The notes below the pieces were generated by a model, which did not search any database, had not been told where the DNA came from, and saw only the letters and a program-made list of their open reading frames with translations. Positions 50,946 to 62,104 of a stretch of 64,000 nt of DNA are shown piece by piece (positions within the stretch are counted from its first letter, which is position 1; the number at the start of each line of letters is the position of its first letter). Source of the stretch: Antedon mediterranea (lineage: Eukaryota; Animalia; Echinodermata); contig NC_092676.1 of assembly GCF_964355755.1 (NCBI RefSeq), positions 3,573,888-3,637,887 of the forward strand, in the 5' to 3' direction. Made by a program: the position numbers and the translations under genes.

Positions 50946-52631
50946 ATGGCTCATCATCAATATTGTACATTGCTGTTGTACAAGTACCTGATTATATTGT
51001 ATAGTGTATTTCACTGCTGTTGTGCACAATCTTATACTTTTACAAAACATCCACAACCGGTTCTCGTTGCTGAAGGACAAACAGCAACGATAGCGTGTGA
51101 ATGGACACCTGAATTGAATGAAAACCATGATATTTCATGGAGATACCAACCTGTTCTTAGAACGGGTCAATTAATTACAAAATCAACATCAAAATACACT
51201 TTCACAAAAGGTGCAACATTTTCAAGGCTTTCCATTTTAAATGTTGATTCTTATGATGTAGGAACATGCTTGTGTCGTATCTCCGAAGGTGATGGTGTAT
51301 ACAGTTCTTCTAAAACTACTTATGTAGCGCTAGGAGTATTAACGTGTAGTCCAGAATATGATAATGGTGAAATAGGAACAACGATGACATGTTCTTATAC
51401 TTCATCTTATTCTGTATATATTGTTAATTTACTATGGTATAAAGACAGAAATGAAATTACTTCAGCAGCACAACGAAATGATATCAAAGAATCAAGGGCT
51501 TTGACTGATGAAGACGATGGAGCTGTGTTTACTTGTAAAGCCACAATTGGATCTGAAGAGATAGGAACTTGTGAAACTACTCCTCTAATATTGAACATAG
51601 ATGCAGATATTAAACAATCACCGCCAGGTCCACTTGAGGTTGGTGACAGCTTTAACCTTACCTGCTCAAGGAAAGGTAATCCTGAGTATTATGAGTATGA
51701 ATGGACGTGGAATGGCAAACCTGTAGAATCGTCACCAAATGAAAGGCTATTTTTAATAGGTAATGTGCTTACTGTGATGAGAGTATCAAGCAGAGACAAT
51801 GGAAAAATAGTTACTTGTACTATTAGTCGTGATGGTCGTGACAGCAGTGTAGCGAGTTATACAATAAACGTTTCAAACACAACACAAGGTAGGTCTACTG
51901 TTACAGACCTATTATCACCAAACAATGTCACGTACGACGTGCCCAAAACATTGATTATTGTCATTGGTGTACTTTCAACAGTTATTGTGATTTTGATAAC
52001 AGCCATTGTAATTTACTTTTTAAACAAAAGGCGTAGGAAACAGAAAGACAAAAAGACAAAACACGAAAGTGTACAACGGAAAGAACCAGAACAAGACATT
52101 ATAAATTCTAAAAAAACACACGTAGGTAATGATCCTCTGCGTGGAAAATGTATAATCCCTGTATATGATGAACCTGTAAAGTCAGATACACATGGAAACT
52201 TGGAGATTGTTTACGAAGACCCTGACGTGCCGACACACGACCAATTAACAGAAAAGGATAAATTTGATTATTTTGCATCAGAAGAAATGACAGTTGAAAA
52301 AGAAGGCAAAAACGAGTACGACTATGTGGCAACAACAGACACCCACAGTGCTGATTTGACAATTAAATCAGACATAAACCATACCTATGATAATGTGGTT
52401 TCAGCAGACATCCACAGCACAGAAAATGAATATGACGATGTAAAATCAGCAGACGAACAAAACAATGAAACATACAGTGAAAATGAGTATGATTATGTAG
52501 AAACATCAGGCATAGGCGCCACAGAAAAAGAAGGCTCTGCAGAATACATTGAACTTGTTGATGACAACGCCGATGTCGACTGTCACATCAAGAGGAAGCC
52601 ACCAACAACTAATATGCCTGCTGCATCCTAG
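50946..52631 (+). CDS. Single-exon IgSF receptor, short stalk, acidic tail class G
   Basis: 561-aa ORF; tail YDEP, YEDP, YDYV x2, YDNV, YDDV, YIEL. Confidence 0.9.
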   Translation: MAHHQYCTLLLYKYLIILYSVFHCCCAQSYTFTKHPQPVLVAEGQTATIACEWTPELNENHDISWRYQPVLRTGQLITKSTSKYTFTKGATFSRLSILNVDSYDVGTCLCRISEGDGVYSSSKTTYVALGVLTCSPEYDNGEIGTTMTCSYTSSYSVYIVNLLWYKDRNEITSAAQRNDIKESRALTDEDDGAVFTCKATIGSEEIGTCETTPLILNIDADIKQSPPGPLEVGDSFNLTCSRKGNPEYYEYEWTWNGKPVESSPNERLFLIGNVLTVMRVSSRDNGKIVTCTISRDGRDSSVASYTINVSNTTQGRSTVTDLLSPNNVTYDVPKTLIIVIGVLSTVIVILITAIVIYFLNKRRRKQKDKKTKHESVQRKEPEQDIINSKKTHVGNDPLRGKCIIPVYDEPVKSDTHGNLEIVYEDPDVPTHDQLTEKDKFDYFASEEMTVEKEGKNEYDYVATTDTHSADLTIKSDINHTYDNVVSADIHSTENEYDDVKSADEQNNETYSENEYDYVETSGIGATEKEGSAEYIELVDDNADVDCHIKRKPPTTNMPAAS

Positions 52632-53140
52632 TACAATGTTGCTTCAATGTCACAAACTTATATTTCAGTAAATATTAGAGGAAATGATAATGAGGCTGAG
52701 TTCGAAAACAGTAAATTGCATCTGGACTTCTGATAACTCAAAGACCACGTCCGAAATTATCACCGAGATCAAGAAGAGATTGAATAAACATTTCAGATAA
52801 TCGCAAAGATGACGTCACCAAAGTGCATGCGAGTAAAACGGAAGTTGAAGTACCTGATACAAACGACGTGTAAGAAATTGGCATCGATACGCACAAAAGA
52901 AGTGAAGTGGGCTAAGAAATAGAAGAAGAATAACAGAACCAAACGTACAGAATATTCATACAAAAATCAAACAAAAACTGCACTGACGCATACAGTATTA
53001 TCATATAGTCTTGTTAATGAATGTTTAATCTATTAAGGCTTTTACTGTCCCCAATACGTACAGCGATGTGACTTATTCTTAAAAGTATTGTAAGACTAGT
53101 ATGGGCCATGATACTTTCATGGTAAGAGAAATACAAAAGT

Positions 53141-53372
53141 GGAGTGGAGCTGTAGCTTGGTGGTTAACGTGCTTGCCTTCCAATCCCAAGTGCCTGGGTT
53201 CAATCCTGACCTAGTGCAGGGTTGTAACTCATGACTCTTTCAACTCCACTCCCTAAGCCTCAAATGAGACTTAGTTTATAAGCACGATCAATTATTAAAT
53301 AGTTTATCCATCCTGTAATTGGCGAGTTACTCGCTGTTGGATGAATATGAAGAAAAAAATAAATAAAAAAAA
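53141..53372 (+). mobile_element. tRNA-derived SINE
   Basis: tagcttggtggttaa A box, gggttcaatcc B box, A-rich tail; absent from paralogous flanks at ~8040 and ~62615. Confidence 0.7.
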
Positions 53373-56067
53373 TATATACGTTGATATCGTTGAATTATTA
53401 GCATAAATTTTGTTTAAGGAAGTAAATTAAAAAATATTATATTAGAAATAATCAACTCTGAGATGAACATTAACCAGAAAAGGGATGGGTAGGAAGTATT
53501 AACAAATGATTAACAAGTATTCAAATCGTACAGAAACGAGGACAGATTAAAGTTCATCAATAACATATCTTAATTTGGCATGAAATAACCAACAATAAAA
53601 TATCAATATATGCAAGTACACGTGATCGTCCATGATTTTTCCATGATGTTTCTATATAAAACTACGATTTTATACGTCATTAGATTTCTATATAAATATG
53701 ATAATTTAAATATTATGCAAGAACTTATATATTGATCGACATTTACACGTTGAAAATTAGTAGTTTTGTGAATATTTATTTAATATATTTCGTATCATTT
53801 ATATAAATATTCATATTTATATTTTTGCTTTAAGGCTATCATGTTTTTGCTACAATAAGTTTAGACTAGTTCAGACTAATGTTTTTCTTACCAGAATAAA
53901 TAAATAGTATAAGATATTACAAATGTGAGAAGGAATACGTTTAAAATGGTAACGTACCGTAATGTAAATATATAGTATCTTATTTCATAATGGATAAAAT
54001 TAAAAATTTAATTTTATTCTCTCAGCTTGAGTGTAGGCCTACTACTCACAGTACGGTCATGTAAATATAGTATCTTATTTTATACTGGATAACAAAAATA
54101 TATTTAATTGAATATGTAATTAATTGTTGTTGTAATCGATTATTATTAAATATATTATAAAGAGCAATCAAATTAAACTTCGTTTTTTCAAATGCTATTG
54201 TACTTGTTTGTCGATTAAGGAACCAATGGATGAAAAGAGCACCAGTTGAGATAAACGTTAACGAGAATAAGAAAGTTGTAACAGAAAAGTGACTAGGAAG
54301 GCTTTAAGAATGTATGCAAAGCGAGAAATATAATGTCAAAAGGTCATAGCTTGGTTCCTTCAAACACAAAATGCATTTTCTTTTACGAAATAACGCCAAA
54401 CACAGCAAGGAAACGTTTCATTAAGACATCCTTGTAAACATTGCACTGTATATAGTTCTTAATACATTTAGAACATTTCCGAAATAACTGTCCCTGAATG
54501 GAACTTGTTTAAAAGATATCTACACTAGAGTAAAAACATTATGTGGTTCATTTTAGTTGTTGTGCAGTTGGGCTCTCTTGATTATACTTTACATTTCTCA
54601 TTAGTTTTTTTTTCATATAGAAATGAATGATAATTATCTATAGTAATTACACTCCATGCACGGGAATTACGAATCTACCGAAAATTAGCAGGCATTTGAA
54701 GATCAGAAGTGTTCTGAACCTAGGCCTAGGGTCTAATATGCAGTACTATATATATATAAGAAGTTTTCTCGTGGAAAACAATATCTAAATGCAAATAGAC
54801 TGAAAAGTAAATAATAAATGATAAAAATAAAAACGAATTTATCAAATATATTATAACATGAATAATCTAATGAACAGAAGAAAAACAAATAAAATACTAA
54901 CTAAACATATGGACGAAAAATAAATGAAAAGAAATATTTCTAATGGGAAAATGCATGATGTATGTAAGAAAGTTAAAATTAATTTTTCAAATCTAATATT
55001 TTGGTTATATGTAGTGTTCAAAGTAAGTATATTAACGGAAGCCCAAACAGTTTTTAACAAGTATATAGTTATGATTTTTATAAATATAATTCTTGATATA
55101 ATAATTACTACAGTACATGTTATTCACTTTCCCGCATGGCTATTTTTTATCAGCTGTTGTTTGTTTAAAAAACAATTTTTAAACAATTTGCCATTTAATT
55201 GTAACATAACAATAAATCAAAATTGGATGGAGGTCATTCCAATACCATTGTACGGTACTGAACAAATGAATAAAACACTGTCAATTTGTTTTGAACGTCC
55301 CACAGTCATGTCCAAACGAAGGTGCGCGTAACGAACTAGGACGAATTCCGATTAATTACTATAAAATATTGAGAATGATCAAGTATTGGATAAAAATAAA
55401 TAAAATGGAACTTAATAGTAGATTAAAAAAATATGCTACCAAACACGAACATTAATCAGTGCACACTACTAACAAATAAACTATTTAAATGAAAGATGAC
55501 GTCACCTAGTTGTGCGTGAGCACCACCAAAGAGGCTATTAATGACGCAAACCTGTACGAACATAAATCAGTGCACACTACTAACAAAAAAAAAAGTAAAA
55601 TGCTTTTCTTTTAAATCGTATAATAACATAATGCAGAACGAACACCGTAATCTGAAAATAGAAATCAGTGATAAAAAGAATAAAATTGTTCGTAACTTAA
55701 TGCAAATGTATTAACGGAGAGGATGCGGAAACAGGTAAATAAGTAAGCTGTGCCTTGTTAAAACAATTAATGCGTTTCTGGTGTATATTAAAATATTTAC
55801 GTAAGAAGGAAGATCAAAATAAACACACTTTAGTCAAAAAATCCATCTATCATTGTATAAAAACCACTATCCCCACAGAACAATTTCCTGAATATCAACA
55901 AATTCAAACGATTCAATTTAATCTAGAAATCAAATCCTTTTTTCAACAAACCTTCTTTCCAAGGCTTCTTTTTAATATTGTCTAACAATGTTTAGTGTAG
56001 GAAAGGAAACAATAATAAGAGCAATACAAACACAAAATAAGGATGTTTTACGAAGTGATTGGCTAAA

Positions 56068-56248
56068 AGGCCAATTTACACAGACAAGTGGTAACGGTAC
56101 TATAAATATATATAATCTATGTTATTTCTTATAACCCTTTACACACAACGCTCAGTGGACGAGCGGTTTCCGCTCAGGATAGATACAGACTCTATGTGTC
56201 TACGCGGTTTTCCGCTTACCGTTACCGCTCGTCTGTGTAAATTGGCCT
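56068..56248. mobile_element. Harbinger-type MITE
   Basis: Perfect 18-bp TIR aggccaatttacacagac / gtctgtgtaaattggcct followed by TAA. Confidence 0.75.
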
Positions 56249-57844
56249 TAATGTTTCAAAACAGGTAAAGGACCTATTTTTCGTTGATATTTCATTTTAT
56301 TTATTCATGGTCGAACACAGTAAATACATACATGAAACTATTTTTGTTTGTTCAAAGTTAAAAATTCACATTTAATACAAAAATGATGTTAAAATATACA
56401 ATATTGAATAACAAAACGATTTTATTGTTTTCTTTATAGATTATGTAGACCTGATTTATTGTTATTAAAAGAGAGCAAACAAATTTAACTTTTAATAAAG
56501 TGGATTTTTCAAATGTATGTCGACAAATTGAAACATTTATTTATTAAAGCAACTGAGATCAACAGTAACGACAATAACAAAGGAAAAGTGGTGTAAGATG
56601 GTTCTCTCTAAAACCTCGAATATACCTCATTAGATTTGTATATAGATATAGTATAGATATTCAACTATAAGCAAGAACTTAACTATTGTTGTTACTAACG
56701 TTACAAGTTTGTAATTTGTGAATTAATGCACTTAATAAATACTATCAGGTATTAAACATTATTTAAGGAAACAATAACATTAAATTATAACCGAGCAACG
56801 CGACAAGAATAACACAGGAATAAGGAAGGCAGTAAGTTTAACGATTGAACAATGTATTGATTTATCAAGATGTCCGGTATCATGTTTTGTTTTTACTGAA
56901 CAAAATAATGCCAGTAAATTAACTAATATATCAACATATTGGTTAAGGAAACGAATTTTAATAAAAGTATGTACCCTAAAATATAATGTATACAAACTTG
57001 CATTGTCTACAAAGTTTAATGGTTCACCCTCAACACTGAACTATGTTGTTTTACAAATGCTTGATTACAATTAAATATACACTACACATATACTGAATAT
57101 CCTGGTATTATAGATGGAGTGGTAAACAATTTATAAATTCAGAAACAAAGTAAACATAAATCTATGTATATGTTTCCATCTAATTGTAGCCTTACGTTAA
57201 TCTAGTCAAACTAAGTGTTCAATGCTTACAAAACAAAGGAGGGGCCAATGCGGGGTTGGGGGTTACACATTTACTGTCATTACACCTAGAAGACAGACAT
57301 TTAATCAGAAATTGTATATTTTCATAAAAAGAACAATATCTTTCTACATATATTTAAATCAATAGTATGTTCAAATTACTGTATTTGACAATGCAGTGTT
57401 AATGTTCAGAATTGTTTAATTCTTATTCTTGTCAGCATTTATCAGGTATTCCTGCCGTGTGTGGCAGCAGATAGCAACTTGCATAAAAGAAACAGGAATG
57501 ATGAAAAGTTTTAGTTCTAAGTTACTCGATAGGGGGCGGTATGCATTACTAGTTTTACCTATAGAATGAAATATGTTAAAATAACTTTATACAGGTTACG
57601 TAGTTGATGATACTATCAATTTAGCAGGAGTCCGCTACAATACAGTACACAGTAATCAGAACGACTGAGTGTTACAGAGTATTACTTGTACCAAGGTGTG
57701 TGAACGTCAACAGCAACTATACAATATTAAGGAATACAGTATCGTTAAATTTGGTATACAATTCTGGACATTTTTTTTCCGTATTATCTTGAATTTGATA
57801 AGTAAGTAAATCGATCCCGGAACTTAACAGTCGCAGTGTTTATA

Positions 57845-59575
57845 ATGGCTCATCATCAATGTTGTAAATTGCTGTTGTACAAGTGCCTGATTACATTGTA
57901 TAGTGTATTTCACTGCTGTTGTGCTCAATCCTATACTTTTACAAAACAACCTCAACCTGTTCTTGTTCGACAACGACAAACAGCAACGCTATCGTGTGAA
58001 TGGACACCTGAATTAAATGAAAACCATGATGTTGTATGGTCATTTTATTATCCTGAAGGTGGATTGGGTAAATCAATTGAACGTTCAACGTCAAAATACA
58101 TTTTAAAAAAAAGTGCAACATCTTCAAATCTTTCCATTTTGAATGTTGATTCTAAAGATGTAGGACGATACAAGTGTGATATCTCTGAAGGTGATGGTGT
58201 ATACAGTTCTTCTAAAACTACTTATGTAGTGATAGGAGAGTTAACGTGCAGTCCAGAATATGATAATGGTCACATAGGAACAATGATGTCATGTTCTTAT
58301 ACTACTTCTTATTCTCCATATGCTATTGATTTACAATGGTATAATGTAGAGAATAAAATTACTTTAGCAGCACAACAAAATGGTATCAAAGAATCAAGAG
58401 CTTTGACTGCTGAAGACGATGGAGCTGTATTTACTTGTAAAGCCACAATTAAATCTGAAAAGATAGGAAGTTGTGAGACTACTCCGCTAATATTGAATAT
58501 AGATGCGGAGATTGAACAATCTCCGCCAGGTACACTTCAGGTTGGTGATAGCTTTACCCTTACCTGCTCAGGGAAAGGTAATCCTGAGTATTATAATTAT
58601 ACATGGACGTGGAGTGGCAAACCTGTAGGATCGTCATCAAGTGAAAGACGATTTGCAATAGAGAGTGTGCTTACTGTGAAGGAGGTAACAAGCAAAAACA
58701 ATGGCAAAATAGTTACTTGTACCATTAGTCGTGATGGTCGTGACATCAGTACAGTGAGCTATACAATAAGTGTTGCAGAAAATACGCAAAGTACAACTGC
58801 ACGTTCACGCACAACACAAGGTAGGTCTACTGTTACAGACCTACTATCAGCAACAACATTATCATCAACCAAACTATCAGCCAACAATGTCACGCACGAC
58901 GAGCCCCAAACATTGATTATTGTCATTGGCGTGGTTGCAACAGTTATTGTGATTTTGACAACAGCAATTGTAATTTATATTTTACATAAGAGGCGCAAGA
59001 AACAGGATGACAAAAAGACAAAACCTGAAAGTGTATCATTGAAAGAACCAATGTATAGTAACACTGATCAAAATATTAACAGTTCTGAAAAATCACGCAT
59101 ACAAAATGGCACTCGGAGTGAAAAGTTGATAACAGATTTTACAGTATATGATGAGCCTACGATTTCAAGTTCAAATACTCAGTTGGAGACTATGTACGCA
59201 GAACCTGATAGGTTAGTAGCTGGTCACGATGCTAGGTATGACACGCCACGGAACGCTATAAGTCTTGATAATATCGATTCAGCGAATACTGATGAAGCGA
59301 GTGATGCTAAGCCAAGAAAAACAAAAAGCAGAGAAAGTATAGATGCAATGTATGCGAAACCAAACAAGTCTCGCAGTACAGAAAGTATTGATGATCTGTA
59401 TGCTAAGCCCAACAAACCGACTGCAAGAACGCCAGAGATTACCCGTGAAGACCCTACTAAGAAAAACGTAGAAGGCCTAACGTACGCAGATATAGAGTTT
59501 AAAGGCGGTACGTTTCCAAACCCTGAACCACAGGACTACGGACTTGATTACGCAACTGTACAGATAATGAAGTAA
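57845..59575 (+). CDS. Single-exon IgSF receptor with two C-terminal ITIM-like motifs
   Basis: Uninterrupted ORF; tail YDEP, YAEP, YDTP, YAKP x2, LTYADI, LDYATV. Confidence 0.92.
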   Translation: MAHHQCCKLLLYKCLITLYSVFHCCCAQSYTFTKQPQPVLVRQRQTATLSCEWTPELNENHDVVWSFYYPEGGLGKSIERSTSKYILKKSATSSNLSILNVDSKDVGRYKCDISEGDGVYSSSKTTYVVIGELTCSPEYDNGHIGTMMSCSYTTSYSPYAIDLQWYNVENKITLAAQQNGIKESRALTAEDDGAVFTCKATIKSEKIGSCETTPLILNIDAEIEQSPPGTLQVGDSFTLTCSGKGNPEYYNYTWTWSGKPVGSSSSERRFAIESVLTVKEVTSKNNGKIVTCTISRDGRDISTVSYTISVAENTQSTTARSRTTQGRSTVTDLLSATTLSSTKLSANNVTHDEPQTLIIVIGVVATVIVILTTAIVIYILHKRRKKQDDKKTKPESVSLKEPMYSNTDQNINSSEKSRIQNGTRSEKLITDFTVYDEPTISSSNTQLETMYAEPDRLVAGHDARYDTPRNAISLDNIDSANTDEASDAKPRKTKSRESIDAMYAKPNKSRSTESIDDLYAKPNKPTARTPEITREDPTKKNVEGLTYADIEFKGGTFPNPEPQDYGLDYATVQIMK

Positions 59576-60621
59576 ATATTTTCCCGCAACATTTACCAGT
59601 ACGTTTATTGTTACATTTATCATTACGAATTAACCTTTGACATGTGACGTAACCGCATCGTTCAATATTGCTTGTACTGTATATACAAAGCTATTTTAAT
59701 GCAATGTGTATTATTATAGGCCTAACAAGTAACAGTAAAACGAATTTCTATCGTAATGTTATACGTCATACGCATCTCAACAACGATCATGAAGGAATTT
59801 GTTGAAATTACTGGGATGCTAACATTTTATTTTATTAGAAACAGTATAATTCTAAAGATTTTCTGAAATATCAGATTTTAACCAAATGGCAAGTGAAGCG
59901 TTTTGACAAATCATGGACACGTGTCCCGCAAAAAAAAAATACAACTAATATTGGAAAACTCTCTCCATAATTTCAAGTTTAACTTTATCTACGGAGGCCT
60001 AGCTCAACACGGATGTTCTTTGCTGCAGCCGTGCTATAGAAAGGACAGCAGTTGTGTACGCAGTAGCAGTAAACAGACTTACAATAACATAAAAAGAGAA
60101 GGACAGGAAAGCCCCAAAGTTTTAATACAAGTTACACTCTAGGGGGCAGTATATCCTGCTACTGGTTTTACCTGACAGTCGGTAATCTGTGACAATAACT
60201 TGAAACCGGATATCTAGTTATATTGCATAACGAGCCTGACGTTCAAAAACAGTGATTTGATACAGTACACATAAATCAGATCGAGTGAGTGTTTAAACTA
60301 GTACCATTTCTATCAAAGTTGGTTATTTCTTTTTAGACCGTAGCATATTACAATACACAGTGATTAGACACAGTTGAATCATAATCGAGAAGGTGCTTAA
60401 ACTGGATACAACTTCTATCATAACAAATGTGTGGCAACATCAACTAACAATGTAATGTATACAGTTTTACATTGTATTAAGTATCTTTAAATCATCGGAA
60501 TCTAGTATTTCTCAACGTTTTTATTCCGTACCAACAATCTCTATTTTGATAAGGAAATAATTTACACCAATCTATAGCAATATTTGGAACTCAACCATCG
60601 GAAGAAAATACACAGTTCGTA

Positions 60622-62104
60622 ATGGCTCGTCAGCAACATTGTACATTGCTAATTATATTGTATAGTATATTTCACTGCTGTTTTGGACTAACCTATTTGT
60701 TCACAGATCCACAATCGGTTCTCGTTACAGAAGGACAAACAGCAACTCTATTGTGTGTTTGGAAACCAGAATTGTTCGAACAGCATAACTTTGAATGGGT
60801 ATTATTCCCTCAGGATGACGGTGAATCTCAATCAATTAGAATGTCAAATTCAAAATACAATTTAATAAATAACGCAACATCTTCATATCTTTCCATTTCC
60901 AATGTTGATTCTGATGACGCGGGAAACTACAGGTGTGATATCATCGGAATGAATGAATTCAGTTATTCTGATCAGGCTGCCGTAGTGATAGGAGAAATAA
61001 TGTGCAATCCAGAATATGATAAAAGTGAGATAGGAACAAAGCTGAAATGTTCTTATACTTCTTCTTATCCTTTAAATGATATTTATTTACGATGGTATAA
61101 AGACGGAAATATAGTAATATCAGACACACAAGACAAACACGTTTTAGAATCAAGAGCTTTGACTGCTGAAGACGATGGAGCTGTATTTACTTGTAAAGCC
61201 ACAATTGGATCTCAAGTGATAGGAACTTGTGAAACTACTCCTCTAGTATTGACTATAGATGCAGAGATTGAACAATCACCACCAGGTCCACTTCAGGTTG
61301 GAGATAGCTTTAATCTTACCTGCTCAGGGAAAGGTAACCCCGATTATTATGAATATGAATGGACGTGGAATGGCAACCCCGTACGATCGTCACCAAATGA
61401 AAGTCGATTTTCAATAGGTAACGTGTTTATTGTGAAGGATGTATCAAGCAATGCCAATGGCAACATAATTACTTGTACCATTAGTCGTAGTGGTCGTAAC
61501 AGCAGTACAGCGAGGTATAAAATAAACGTTCTAAAAGAATATATCGAGTAGGCCTACAACACCAGGTAGACGTACGCAACAAGTCGTTACTGACAAACTC
61601 TCAGCAACTAATATCTCATCGGGTGACGAGCCCCCAACACTAATGGTTGTTATTAGTGTACTTGCAATTTTACTCGTACTTTTAGTAATAACAATAATAT
61701 ACACGTATTTGCAAAAAAGAAACGTATCTAGGGACAACATAATTCCTTTAAATAGACCATCGAATAATATTGGACACAATTACGATTATGTTGCGTCTTC
61801 AGACACACAGATCACCACGACAGGCAATGACACATACACGTATGATTATGCCATATATCCGTGTACACGTATCGCAGAGAACATTAGTGCTGAATACATT
61901 GAAGTAGAAGAGAGTTTCCATGATGGCCCACAAAAACCAGAACGAAATATGACCACATTCGAGAACGATGATGTGTCCTTACAAGCAACGGATATTTGCA
62001 GCAAAGAGGCCACGTACGAAAATGGTAAATTGCGTATCAAAGGCATAGCAACTTCTGACAAGGTGACAATTAAGTACGAAAATATTAAAACATCTACGCG
62101 TTAG
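60622..62104 (+). pseudogene. IgSF receptor, tail class B, +1 frameshift just after Ig3 (or secreted 309-aa form)
   Basis: ctaaaagaatatatcgagtagg vs ctagagaacatttcgagtagg at ~61535; TM and tail lie in the next frame (61643-62104). Confidence 0.8.

Noticed and set aside
53146-53215. tRNA gene
   Set aside because: Cloverleaf pairing is poor; it continues into a body with an A-tail and is absent from paralogous flanks, so it is called a SINE (likewise 31250-31323).
54851-55985. Short ORFs in AT-rich spacer (also 45187-45471, 35151-35426)
   Set aside because: Low-complexity translations with no motifs; not conserved as ORFs in paralogous spacers.
6749-59415. Recurrent antisense ORFs (e.g. 6749-7159, 14074-14517, 28950-29444, 33399-33842, 43450-43896)
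   Set aside because: Shadows of the Thr/Ile-rich stalk, TM and tail coding strand; they recur only because the genes are paralogous.
6003-59575. Assignment to named genes (nephrin, CD22/Siglec, CADM, Alr, Dscam)
   Set aside because: Only generic Ig-domain resemblance; no orthology can be supported without searches, so no symbols are given.
967-62104. V(D)J-like or protocadherin-like variable cassettes joined to a shared constant region
   Set aside because: Each unit has its own TM, tail and stop; no heptamer-spacer-nonamer signals or common constant exon were seen.
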